NCBI GenBank assembly: GCA_050230475.1
Contig: JBFLGF010000147.1
Coordinates: 1 to 64,000, forward strand
Length of the DNA: 64,000 nt
Source: Ancylonema sp.
Lineage: Eukaryota
Reading direction: 5' to 3'
The notes beneath the pieces were generated by a model. The model ran no database searches, was not told the origin of the DNA, and saw nothing but the letters and a program-made list of their open reading frames with translations. This document shows, one piece after another, positions 1 to 12,039 of the stretch. Positions within the stretch are counted from its first letter, which is position 1. Each line of letters begins with the position of its first letter. The position numbers were made by a program, and so were the translations under genes.

Positions 1-816
1 ACATTGTTGGCAAAATCATCAACTGAAACCACGAAATGGTGTACTTCACCTCTACTCGTCTCCATACAGAAAAAACAATAGTTAAACGGCCAGTTTGTGT
101 GGTATGTGGTGCAAATGGAACTAACCAAAATATATTTTGTGTTTCGAAGATGACTTGTAACGACAAATTACGCCAAATGATTTCCATGAGTTTTAGACGT
201 TTAAATTTGCATTATGTTGAGGATCGAATAGATGTTCTTCATTGAGAAGAATACGAGGCCTAAACCCCATCTACAACATTCTCAATATAGCCTTATCAAT
301 GTCCTCCTCGTAAGTGCAAAATTCGAAAATTGTGGCTAACATTACTATCAACACTATCACACAATCCAACAACGACAACATACAATAACATAGACCCCCT
401 CCCCCACAGGCCTCACCATCGAAAATCCGAAAACACCGAAGAATGCGATGGAGAGGCGAGTTTCTTGGGATGTCTAAGGCACCACCTTTCCTTGAATACT
501 TTCCATATCCAAACGTAAAACAGAGATCCCTCTTCCGGAAAAATTGTGAGAATCAGCGGATTGATATGCTATGTGCCCCAATCAGGTCCACCATTCACAT
601 CATACCCACTCATTTTCTTTTTGTACATGATCGAAATTTGCGGTGGTGCAACATTCTACCCGCATCCCTCTTTGTGAAGTTCGCATTTCGTTGCAACTTC
701 ATCCTTGTTTTGTTCACACATCTTTGCACCAACTGCTCCTAACAATGCTCCCTCCTCCACTCCTCAAGCACTCCCTTTCCCGCCACTTGTGATCGTTTTC
801 GCGCCCACATCAGAAA

Positions 817-3800
817 TCATACTGCCTCCGTCTCCTCCATTCGTCCGAAATGCGCCTCTTCCGCGAGATCCTCCATTGCCTTCACCACATACTTCATTTT
901 CGCCACGATCTCAAGCAGCAGCGAGACGACACGCACCAATGAGAGGGAAGAGATCCTCTCCACGGTCCCCACCCATTGGGCCTTTATCGACGATTGACGG
1001 GTCATCGAATTCACTCTTTGGTTTCGGACACTCGTATCCCTGCAGTCATACATCCCAAAACAATCCCTCATTACACACCTCCCCAACTCTCCCACCCGCC
1101 ACTCCAAACCCAAAGCTAACATCACACACCCCACCTTCCGATACATCTACACCCCCTCTCCTACCCCCTTCACCTCCACCCTCCACCCCAACTCCCAACC
1201 CCCCCCCTCCACAGCATATCCATTTCTCCCCCCCCAACGGGCACACCCACGTTGGGTGAGATGACAGGCTTTCCGATCTCCATCCCTCCCCTTGCCTCCA
1301 CGTCTGCATCCCCCCCCCCCCCCACCCCCCACCTCCTCCTCCTCCTCCTGCTCCTCCTCCCATGCTACCCACTGCTGACCGTTCAAATCAGACCACGGAT
1401 CGTTCCCATTGACAGGTGGCGCGCATGAGTTCCTCACCAGCTTTGTGACCTCCGCGTCACTCTGCACTACCTGCTCGTACAACTCAGGCAGAGTCTCGAC
1501 AGAGACACCGCAGTCGCCCACTGTCACCCCCTCCCCACCAGATCCCTTGGCCCAGAGCTCGGTGCTGTTATCTAAGTGGGTGCCTTTCAAATACTCGAAG
1601 ACGCAACTGGAGTAGGGAGAGGGGGGTGAAGGTATCTCTGGATCAATTCAGGTTCTTTTTTTAGCTGGTTTTGGATAGATTTACATGTGGTTCCATTTTT
1701 TCTTACTCTGTGAAGTGTAGTGCTGAAAATCGGTGGCGTTAAGAGGTTTGGAAAGTTTAAAATCGGGTCAGAAGAAATCTTTGTAAAGGCACAGTTTTTA
1801 GGATTCATCTGACGGCAGCAGCTACACTAATGTTGAAGGTTAAGGTTTAAGGTTTTAGGTCTAAGGTTTTAGGTTTTAGGTCTAAGGTTTTAGGTTTTAG
1901 GTTTTAGGTTTTAGGTTTTAGGTTTTAGGTTTTAGGTTTTAGGTTTTAGGTTTTAGGTTTTAGGTTTTAGGTTTTAGGTTTTAGGTTTTAGGTTTTAGGT
2001 TTTAGGTTTTAGGTCTCACATTTCACGTTTAAGGTTTTAAGTTTTAAGTTTGCGGTTTGAGGTTCGAAGTTCGATGTTTCTAGTTCGAGTTCACGTCTGC
2101 AATCGACATGACCTTTTTAATATTGACATATGAAAAGCTCGATTGGATGGATGGAGGGGGGGGGGGTACAGAGGTTGATCCTCACTTTTCGAGCATGTCT
2201 GCTGCTGTCGCCAGATTCTTGACCACCAATCCATGGAGTGAATCCCCCGCATAGGTGGGAGCGATCGCCAGGCTCACGAACATGACCACCAGAAATGCCA
2301 ACACAATCATCGCAAACCTCGATAAAGGCACCCAAATCAGCTCCGTCTCCTCGTCCCTAAAGCCCGTCAGGATCAGAATGTGGAAAGTCAGTGCGGCCAT
2401 CACCACAGCGTAGTTCCACCTGCGGTTGGGGTAGGGGGGGTAAGGGGGGTAAGGGGGGTAAGGGATCAGGGGTGAGTGGCGAGGGGTAAGGGGTAAGGGG
2501 TCAGGGGTAAGGGGTAAGGGGATGGGGGTACGGGTGTACTCTGAAATTGAAACCTTGTCACCGTCTTCCTAACCCTGCCCACCCTCTCCCTACCTCCTTC
2601 CAGCTGAAAAGCAAATAGAAGGGGGGTGGAGCAGTGCCTTGAGGGGGAGGCGGTACCTGTCTTGAAAGGGCGGTCTGAACTTGTAGAAGGTTGGGATGGC
2701 CCCCCCAAAGAAGCAGAGCAGAACCACAAAGTAGGGATGGGCGGGGCCTAGCAGGGGACCCAAATGGTTGAACCCAACCGCGATGATGCCTGCAGCAACC
2801 GTGCCGATCGCACGGTTCAATCCTTTACTGTGATGGGGGATGGGGGATGGGGGAGGAATATGGGGGAGAGAGAGGAGAGGAGGGGAGGGGAGGGGAAGGG
2901 GATGCTGGTGTGAATGAATCCTGCAAAGAGTGTGTGAGTTTTGAGTCCGAGGGGCTGGAGGGGATTGCTTATATGCCTTGCCCCCCCGGTACTAGAACCC
3001 TGGAACCATAAAAACTTAAAAAACCAAAACCCTAAAACGGAGGGTGTCATGCCTCTCCTGCTGCAATTTCCCTTCCAGATTCCACACCTATTCAGGCAGT
3101 TCCAGCACACTTTGTCACGGTCTGTATCAGTGATCATCAGTAGCTCATCCCCCCTTCTCCAGATAAGAATGTTGCAAAATGCATTTTCGAATGTGAAGAT
3201 ACATTGTTGTTTTCTGCACACAAGACCGTAGTGAGGCGGAAGATGGGCATTGCAGTCTCAGTGGCAGACAGGGACTGAGCAATGATAATGGATGCTAGCT
3301 GCTGAATGATGTAGGCACTGACTCGCCTGAATGTTTCAATTACTGTACGTACAACTGTAAGCTCTTAGCAGGCTCCAGAGATCTCCAATCGACACCTGTC
3401 TGGCCCTCTGTAACAAAGTAACCGAGCCACAGGGTGTATGCTCACATACATATATATATATGTATATATGTATATATGTACATGTATATATATATACACA
3501 TATACACATATATGTCTGTATATGCTCATTCATACATAGTAATCTGCTCATGGGGTTACAGGGTTACAGGGTTATGGGGTTATAGGGTTACAGGGTGTGT
3601 TACCTGAGCGACATCCCCACCGTGGTTTCGAAGACGCTGTCCACTGTGACCACCGCCCACAGGGCCACAACGCTGAAGCCCTCGTACGGTTCCGGAATGA
3701 CGCACAGCACGGCGGTGATGGCCACTGCCAGCCCGTTCTTGAAGGCCAGCATGACAAGGCTGGGGTTGTCGCGCACGTCAGCGTGGGCGGCAGTCAGTCG

Positions 3801-4767
3801 CTTGCAGAGCATGCCGTAGAAGGTGGATAGAAAGTTAAAGGGCCAGCACACTGGGGTGGGGGGAGGGGAGGAGAGGGGATGGGATGGGATGGGGGTTGGG
3901 GATGGGGGGTGGGGATGGGGGGTGGGGTGAGGACGGCTTAAGAGGAGGTACGGGGAGGGAGAGGCAGAGGGGGAGGTGGGAGTGTTGGAGAACCAGAAAA
4001 CCAGACTGTCGAAGGGTGCATCTCTGAGTGAAGAGATGGGGGATCTCATTCACACACACAGCGAATCGGCTGTGTGAATGTGGCATGAGTGTGAAGAGGT
4101 GTTTTTTTGTTTTGGAGGTGCGACAGCATGACAGCGTGGCAGTGACACGTGTTGGATGAGGAGGGTGGACAGAGGAAAATAAGGAGAGGGATAATTGCAT
4201 ATTGAAAAGTCGGAGCAGGAGCTGACCTGGGATAGGCAGCGTGTCCTGCTCCTTTGATGACATCTGTTTGGCTGTCTGCCGCAGCTGTCGCTTGTGTTCG
4301 CTCTGAAGCAAAACGGTCTCCCATGCTTCTGGAGCATATGTCTGCTCCATGCGATCCATCATCTGCTTCTGTTCTTCCGTGAAGTTCACGGAAGAGTCGC
4401 GCGAGAGAGCAGGCGGAATAGTTTCGGACTCATACGTAGATGCCTTGGCATCGTAATAGGTCCCGGAACCGGGGCTGGAACCGGGACTGGAACCGTTGTC
4501 AATATTACCATCGATGTTAATGCTGCAAAGCGAGGGCCACGGAATCTCATGCGAGTCCTGGGCCTGACTTGGTGAGGGACCGACAGAAATTGGTGTGGAG
4601 GCGTGACCACAATGTTCCTTCGAGAAATAGGCCGACTTGCCAGCTGGCTGACTGGCGTTACTGTCGCTCGCTGGCGGGAATGCGGCTGCGACTACACTGG
4701 ATTCGCCGGGTCTGGCTCGCTTTAACTTTGGAATGAGAGGGCGGAGATACTCACGACCGAAATCCAT
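817..4767 (-). CDS. ALMT: Aluminium-activated malate transporter (ALMT family); exons 4767-4227, 3850-3604, 2827-2657, 2419-2186, 1606-1438 and terminal exon 1039-817; middle exons apparently absent
   Basis: Spliced translation gives ALMT hallmarks: AFKNGLAVA, ALWAVVTV..VFE.TVGMSLSKGLNRAIGT..AG, WNYAVVMAALTF, P.YAGDSLH.LV.KN and C-terminal SLLLEIVAKMKYVVKAMEDLAEEAHF. GT-AG sites are phase-compatible for the first five exons. Confidence 0.88.
1838..2050 (+). repeat. Telomere-like (TTTTAGG)n array inside an ALMT intron
   Basis: 18 perfect TTTTAGG units at 1888-2013, with degenerate flanking units (TCTAAGG, TTTAAGG, TTTTAAG). Confidence 0.95.
2428..2522 (+). repeat. Degenerate (TAAGGGG)n G-rich repeat in an ALMT intron
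   Basis: Repeated ggggtaa/gggggtaa units. Confidence 0.8.
3552..3595 (+). repeat. Short (GGGTTACA)n repeat in an ALMT intron
   Basis: gggttacagggttacagggttatggggttatagggttacaggg. Confidence 0.8.
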
Positions 4768-6231
4768 TTTGTACTAGGGGTAAAAGAGTAACAGCATATG
4801 TCGGGAGAAGCGAGGAGTCTGTACTTGTTATGACGCAGGCTATTTAGTATAGCGATGAGATCAATGTGAGGTCGAACGATCAACCATAGATTACACTCTC
4901 TGGTTCCTAAGGACTTCACTTTTATAAATAAAAACTATTGCAGGAGCAGTGACTCTGTCACGGCATGCTTCAACTACTCTCTCTTCACTCGGCTAAAAAA
5001 GTACACGACAGGGAGCGTGACGCATAGTTCGAACTCATGATCTCGCGTTCGCCACTCTCTAGCAGTAAGACATGTTATGACTGCGTCTTCGCAGACATTT
5101 TTTCTTCCCCGACAAGAATCGATAGCTTCTCAATCCACACCATGCCCAATGCTTCTACGACTGTTGAGTTCGACGGATTTTCCGCGTCCGCCCAGTCTGA
5201 CCAGGCCGGAATCTGAAAATCGGATATGTGGCAGGAAGAGAGTGTAAATTGTTATTTAATAATTTAGAGCATGACTGATGGCTGGGCCCAACAGGGGCCC
5301 AGCTCGACACGTTAATCGACAGGTGGGTCTAGCCATAATATATGCTCAAGCAATACCGCCTGCCACGGTCAACACATCTGCACGTGGCATCAGTAAACAC
5401 GTGCACCGCACGAGGACCAGGCACTGTCGTTTTCTGGCGCTCACAACTCTGAATGGGAATATTGTTGGATTATTTCCAAGTTTTAAATTAACCGGTTCAT
5501 AATTATTTATTTTACGTTTGGGTGACCTGCCATTGTACGGGTACGGTTGTTGACGTCACTGTGTCGAGACGTTGTATCGTATACATACCACATTTACCCT
5601 GTTCCGGACAGTGAGATCGACAGTGCGAAAATTTGATCGGACGGTCAAATCGACTGACCTTGTTGTTCTCACCACTTGTGTAAAATAGGCGTGTGCATAC
5701 CACGCTCAGGTGTCGTCATGACGTGCCACGCCAGCATTAGAGATTGCGACACTCGGACGTGGAAAGCAAACCAGGGTGGGATTGGTCAAATTGAGACATA
5801 TTTACCACGTCGGCACAATGTCAGTGCTGTCAGGCACGCCGGCCTCTCCGACCAAGTCCGCTTGATTAGATTCGCTTCTGTCGACCGCTTGTCAGACGGT
5901 CAAACGATACATCGTATCTCCTCCAGTCGTCCACACGGAACAGAAGCGTCATTCCCAATGAAGACATCTATGATTGATACGTTTCCCGTTCTGAAGGCTT
6001 GTCCTGACGCACATACATGCTCCGCATTTTGCCTCGAGAGCAAAGTCAGCACTTCGTAGTGGATCGCATGCAGGGCAGTTTTCGGGATCAATACAATATA
6101 CTGATTAGCGTTAAAATTCAGAATCTGCATGTCTCATGATCTCTACGTTGCTCGGTAAACTCTAGCTGATTCCTCCACACAGCATGTCATTGTTCGTCTG
6201 GCATCGCGGTTCGAAGCTGGTGTAGCCCACA

Positions 6232-7785
6232 ATGACCCGATTTACACGCGTCATTGTTGAGTGGCTTGAACATCTGCGGCCGGTGTTCTCGGAGAAGTCT
6301 GGAGTCTGTGATTCTCCTGCGTTAAATGCCATCGAGACTCCCAATAACGTGCTCACTCCAGCGCCAGGTGCGGACGCCAGTCAGACTAGCAGCTCTGCGG
6401 AGAATGCGGCGGATCACTTGGAGACAGAAGTTCTTGCAGGGTGGAATCATCCAGTCCAGGTTCACTCCCTAGAGGAAGTACATGCAAGCGTCCCAGTTCC
6501 GCATGTCGGCGCACCTTGGTATGCTAAGCTCTGTGCTTTCATGGGTTTAGGATTTATCATCTCGATCGGTTACATGGACCCAGGCAACTGGGCAACGGAT
6601 ATCAGCGGCGGGGCGCAATTCGGATACACTCTGATGTCAGCCATCCTCATCCCCAACTTCGTCGCCATCTTTCTGCAGATTCTTTCACTGAAGTTAGGTG
6701 TAGTGGCAGAAAGAGATCTGGCACAGGCATGCAGGGATGCGTATCCATTGTGGCTAACCTACATCCTCTGGAATATGGCAGAAGTCGCCATTGCAGCCAC
6801 AGACCTGGCAGAAATCATCGGGTCAGCCACAGCACTGTACCTACTATTTGGGATCCCTCTCTGGGCAGGGGTCTTGATTACAGCTGCAGATGTCCTGTTC
6901 ATAATAGTATTCGGTACCAAAAACTTCCGGTTTCTGGAGGTCCTCGTCTTCACTCTCTGCGCCCTTATTGCCAGCTGTTTTGTGTATGAGCTGGTGAAAG
7001 CTGAGCCTGATTGGGGTAAAGTGGCAGCAGGAATAGTGCCACAAACTGTCATTTTGACAAACCCGGCGCTTCTGTATAACGCCATCGGTATACTTGGCGC
7101 CACAGTAATGCCTCACAACCTTTACCTCCACTCCAGCATCGTCCAAACCAGGGCCTACCCGCGCACATTAGCCGGCAAGAAAATGGCCGTCTTCTACGGA
7201 TCAATCGACTCCACGATGGCACTCGCTCTCGCGTTTTTCGTCAATGCAGCTATCCTTATCCTCGCTGGTGCTGCATTTCATTATGGGCCCCATCCCAATC
7301 ATAACGTGGCTTACATCAGCGACGCGTATCAGCTCATCAGTCCCGCACTCGGAGTCAAGGCGGCTCAAATCCTATTTGGAGTCGCGTTGCTTGCCAGTGG
7401 TCAGAGCTCGACGATAACCGGCACGCTGGCGGGACAGATTGTGATGGAGGGCTTCATCCACTTCAAGATGAAGCCGTGGGTGAGGAGAGTGGTGACGCGG
7501 TCCGTGGCAATAATACCCGCAGCCATCATCGCTGGGGTGGGGGGAAATCAAGGGGCCGGGAAGCTCCTAGTGCTGAGTCAAGTAGTGCTTTCAATGCAAC
7601 TTTCATTTGCCGTGGTGCCATTGGTCCACTTCACAAGCTCAAAGTCACGGATGGGTAGCTTTGTAAACGGTTGGATCACGCACATTGCAGTGTGCATAGT
7701 TGCTTCTATCATTGCAGGGCTGAATGCGTACTTGATTATTAAGTCCATTCAATTAAACGAATTCGGGGCCACTTCCGGTGTGTAG
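6232..7785 (+). CDS. NRAMP: NRAMP/MntH divalent metal (Mn2+/Fe2+):H+ transporter, intronless, 517 aa
   Basis: Uninterrupted ORF with YMDPGNW (TM1), GATVMPHNLYLHS (TM6), GQSSTITGTLAGQIVMEGF and LVLSQVVLSMQL; N-terminal SLEEVHASVPVP resembles bacterial MntH. Confidence 0.97.
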   Translation: MTRFTRVIVEWLEHLRPVFSEKSGVCDSPALNAIETPNNVLTPAPGADASQTSSSAENAADHLETEVLAGWNHPVQVHSLEEVHASVPVPHVGAPWYAKLCAFMGLGFIISIGYMDPGNWATDISGGAQFGYTLMSAILIPNFVAIFLQILSLKLGVVAERDLAQACRDAYPLWLTYILWNMAEVAIAATDLAEIIGSATALYLLFGIPLWAGVLITAADVLFIIVFGTKNFRFLEVLVFTLCALIASCFVYELVKAEPDWGKVAAGIVPQTVILTNPALLYNAIGILGATVMPHNLYLHSSIVQTRAYPRTLAGKKMAVFYGSIDSTMALALAFFVNAAILILAGAAFHYGPHPNHNVAYISDAYQLISPALGVKAAQILFGVALLASGQSSTITGTLAGQIVMEGFIHFKMKPWVRRVVTRSVAIIPAAIIAGVGGNQGAGKLLVLSQVVLSMQLSFAVVPLVHFTSSKSRMGSFVNGWITHIAVCIVASIIAGLNAYLIIKSIQLNEFGATSGV

Positions 7786-8689
7786 TGCTTTACTTTCATT
7801 GGAAATGGTCTCCATACATTCTTATTTTGGCGGTAAATAAAAACTTGTGTAGTACAAAGCAATCAATAAAAGCCTTAGAACAAGGTTCGCACTCGTGAAT
7901 GGACTGTTGATATAAAGAAAATTCAACTAGCTCCTTGTAAAACGAGCGAAAACTCAAGCATTCGTTATGTATAAAGTATTTCAGTTTATTTGACTCATGC
8001 TTGCTAGGTTGACTAGTGGAATATGAAGCATCGTTCATGTGATAAGTCCGTTTTGAAGTTAGGAAGTTATCCTAACTACTTGTGCATAAAGTTGATGGTT
8101 TGAGTGACACTTGGCACAAATAGTGCAATATGTACATCAGCATTGCGGTTGGGAAACAGGCATGGAAATCTCTAGCGAGTCAGAGAATGGACGCACTAAG
8201 TCCAAGGTGTGTTCATGCAATAATTGGTTCATTCGGTGCACATCAATTCGGTATTGTGTATTCTTGGTGAGTGATTCCATGTGTGAATCCAAATCAGCAT
8301 GAGCAAGCAAATGTGCAGTCGGGATTGACTTAATTTGCATGTAGTTAAAAAGTGCCACAGTCCAATTTAGCTGATGGTGTAGCAACTCCTACCTTTTAAA
8401 CGATCGATAAAAGGATATCATGGCAGTCCCTTTTATTTTTGGTGTCACAAACACATGTCACACATTAGTTCCACATCACAAACAATCAAATAGTCGCTTG
8501 TTACTTCTTGTTACCACTATACTCCTCCGTTCGTCTTTCGTTGAAACACATCACAAGTATCTTAGAATTGATTTTGCTTTTAGATTGATCTATTTTGTGA
8601 TTGGCATGAAAAAGTTGACTCACTTATGGCGTTAATTTTGCTGGATAGGGGTAAGAAAGGAGGTCATCCGAAGTAAAACGGGTTGTCAT

Positions 8690-9570
8690 GTTCCGCTATA
8701 GAGACCTGATTTAAACACCACGTCGTTTTTTGGAATTATTTTACGCATCCCCCCACCCCTCGCCCCCATCCGTTTTTTATTTATTTCGATCCCCCCCCAA
8801 AACCCCCCAAAAAAACCCGTTTCAACTTATTTTCGGGCACCCACACCCCCACTCCCATTCTCACATCCGATTCCATCCCAACCGTGTCCCATCCCAATAA
8901 AATCAATCCGTAATGTAAACGATCGAGTGCCTATATCATATTTGCACAGACCGTAGACCGTTTCATAAACTGCAGACCTTCAAACCTAAGTGTGATTTTC
9001 TTCTTTGATTTTAGACTGGGGTTTTTAAGGGTTTTCTTCAGTCATTATTGTTTTAGTTATGTTTTTGTAAATGAAGAAGGCTATAATTGTAATAATCACA
9101 CAACGGCTGCGGAATATACTAGTGTTGTAATGAAGTTGTCATGTCTCGGTAGTAAAGACACAAGATCACGTCTAACGTCTTCGGACGGTGTATGCAATTT
9201 TTTGGCTACAAGTCCACACAACAAAATATAAACCATAGCAAACCGCGTTTTGTATCGCATAGACCGAGTTGCTGGTCCAAACTGCGGTCTATATTCAAGT
9301 TCCTGCTGGTCTGTTCATTTATGGCCTATATGGCATTTGTGCCCTATATGGCATTTGTGCCGACAGTAAAAGCCGGGTACATTAGAGCGGTGCATGTTCT
9401 TTCGCGATACAGTGTGTATTAAATGGCTGTAGCGGGTTCAACATGCACGTGCCGGAATAGTTGGATACATGGCGATCTGAAATCAGCGCCGACGCCATAC
9501 TTCGAGCGGGGAGCCTTGGCATAAACCACTACTTGATTTTCACCTAAACCCCACTACATGCCCCTTTTTA
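8690..9570. repeat. Dispersed repeat, patchily homologous (inverted) to 19043-19620
   Basis: Shared blocks gatttaaacaccac...aattattttacgcatc and ctgaaatcagcgccgacgc match the reverse complement of 19540-19590 and 19125-19145. Confidence 0.55.
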
Positions 9571-10340
9571 TTACCCCTAACTATCCCCAAACCCCAGAAA
9601 ATGATCATTTTCATACCCACAACCCACGATTTGAGTTAATTGGTGGGGGGTCATAGTTGGTCTCTTTAGTACATCATTGTGTACTTCATACATGCCGAGC
9701 TAGCCGCCGTATTCAACCGGCACACACAAGTGACTCTACATAATGCAAGCAATAGTTAAACTCAATCGCTTGTGTCTACATGTAATGTACGAATGTGTGT
9801 GTATGTTCAAGGTGCACTGGACATGCACTTCAGTGTTATAAATTCAAATCATGTCTTACTTTAGAAAACCAAAGCGAGATGATGTGTGGTGAGTTTGGTT
9901 GAACCATTTGCCGCTATCACAATCGGGTAAAAGTAAAACTCTTTTGAACATACATATCTGTGAAGCTATGTATGGCCCACGAAACAAGAAAGCCACCTAT
10001 GACAATTAAAAGAAAAGGAAATTGGTGACGAAAATCGTCTTTCTTGTATCGCTCTTGTAAACGGGAACTTGTAGCCAATACACGTATCATATGTAGCTCA
10101 TGGTGGTAACTTCACACATGACATCTGATTCGAGCTTGGCGTGGCACGATCATCGACACCACTGCACTGAACCTGAACTTATACTGGCAACAAAACACAA
10201 CATATACAGTCTACTGTACATAAAAAGAAACGTATACGGACCACACCTCGGGTTTTTTCATCAACTCTGGCTTTCCCAGAAATCCCAATTTATGACCCTG
10301 CCATTGCCACAAGTTATAACATAACGAAGAGTCTTGTGAC

Positions 10341-11583
10341 TCAACCGGTGATACTTAGCCACATCTGCACCTCATCAGCCACTGTGAACACTGACAGCTG
10401 GCTCCATCTGGATCCGAACAGAGCCTCTCCACCAATAGAAAACGAGAGGCTCCAAGCTGCTAGCACGGTGGTGAAGATCCCGAATCCAATACTCGATCCT
10501 ACAACATCTGCAAGTGAGGAGTGAGATACATTGATAACCGTGGCTAGAACATGACGTTGGTGAAAAAATAATCACATCTTATGGCTTTGTCATGTTTGTC
10601 ACGAGCTTCTTGCTTTCAATGTTTCTCCGAATACGTCGATGATGTCAAGAGAAGTTGGCGATTTCACACATTCACACATTCTCACATTTCAAACAGCGAG
10701 GAACTCTGTCGTGTGCCCCTGCGGTACCCATGTAATAGTCCCAGACATATGATCTGTTGCTTCCTACCATAGGTGTCACATGTGGAAACCCATTTGAAAC
10801 CCACGTACTTGGCAAAAGCTCAATAATTTTGGATTTGTCCGTTAGATATCAAATGTCTATCTCGAGAAGAGAAGGTAAGAATATTAGGTAAGGTAAGGTA
10901 AGAAGATTTATCTCTGACCCGCTAATCTGCAGGACATGTTGGATCACAATTCAGACTTCATTCATGAGTGAAGTTTTGACCATCCATGCAGACGTTTTCT
11001 CCGTATCTACATCCCTTGTAATTCTCGACCACAAGCAGGTTCTAATTCAACCTACACCCTCATAACGAGAGGCAGTATACCTCGAATAATTATCATCGAT
11101 CACCCTGATAACCCACTCTGGATGTCCATGATGACAAATATTTCAAAAAATGCACTTGTTGATGCTTAGCATGTAGGCAAAGCCACCACAATCGTGACCT
11201 GTACTTCACAAAAAAGAAAAACGAAACCAAAGTTTTTGTGAATCCACTACAAAGGGCAAGATTTAGGCGGAGCTCGATATCTACCCTATTTTTCTAGCTA
11301 TGCTATGAGTACGAGAGGTGCAAAGCTACCCCACGACCATTGACTGTGACCTGATATTCTGCCGGAAAAATAAATTGGACTCACATGTCCGAATTGCAGG
11401 ACTTCCTCCATGTCGCAGCACTGGCCAGAAAAAGTAGCAGTTCACAAACCACAGCCATGGCAACGCTAGAAGTCCACCAAAGAAAAAGTTGCGAGCGAGT
11501 TTTAAAGAATCTTCATCACTCAAGCCAATCTCTCCATCTATAGTTAGATGCCGACCGGACGTCGGATCGATACCCTGAGACAT
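10341..11583 (-). CDS. PEN2: Gamma-secretase subunit PEN-2 (presenilin enhancer 2); exons 11583-11385 and 10507-10341, 121 aa
   Basis: KLARNFFFGGLLALPWLWFVNCYFFWP in exon 1; a GT-AG intron joins to YVVGSSIGFGIFTTVLAAWSLSFSIGGEALFG...; 366-nt in-frame CDS. Confidence 0.92.
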
Positions 11584-12039
11584 GCTTCTGGTCTGACAAA
11601 GGTAAAGATGGATCAGGGTAACTGGCAATAAAACCGAATGCCAAGAGGATTAAAAAATCCTGAGGTACCAGACGTGTCTCGGCGTGAACTGCCAGCGATG
11701 ATTTTTAAAAGGCGGAGTAGTCTGTCACGTCTTAATTAGCGCGGGCAGGAATGCGTTTCAAAGTTTAGTGATTAGCGGGAACTCGTCACGGCAGTTCCGC
11801 AGAGGTGATACAGATTTTGCCACCATGAAGTGTAATATGAGGCAGTCAACAATAGCCAGAAGTTATTCCAATGCCGACTTGAGATCTGGGTGGATTTCGG
11901 CGTTTTAGACTTCCGCCTTTGATCGCCACCGATCTGTGAAATTTCCGCTCCTTTCCGTCCGCAGACCGCGGCGATCAACAGATCCAACTCCACCCGGTCT
12001 TGTTCGACACGGTCGTCCATGAAGTTTATGGATTCCCCC

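Noticed and set aside
3245..3335. Possible C/D snoRNA (ATGATA/ATGATG...CTGA boxes) in an ALMT intron
   Set aside because: Antisense to the host gene, imperfect C box and no recognisable rRNA guide.
8646..9579. hAT-type MITE bounded by TAGGGGTAA...TTACCCCTA
   Set aside because: No 8-bp TSD (ttgctgga versus actatccc), and homologous repeat sequence does not clearly stop there.
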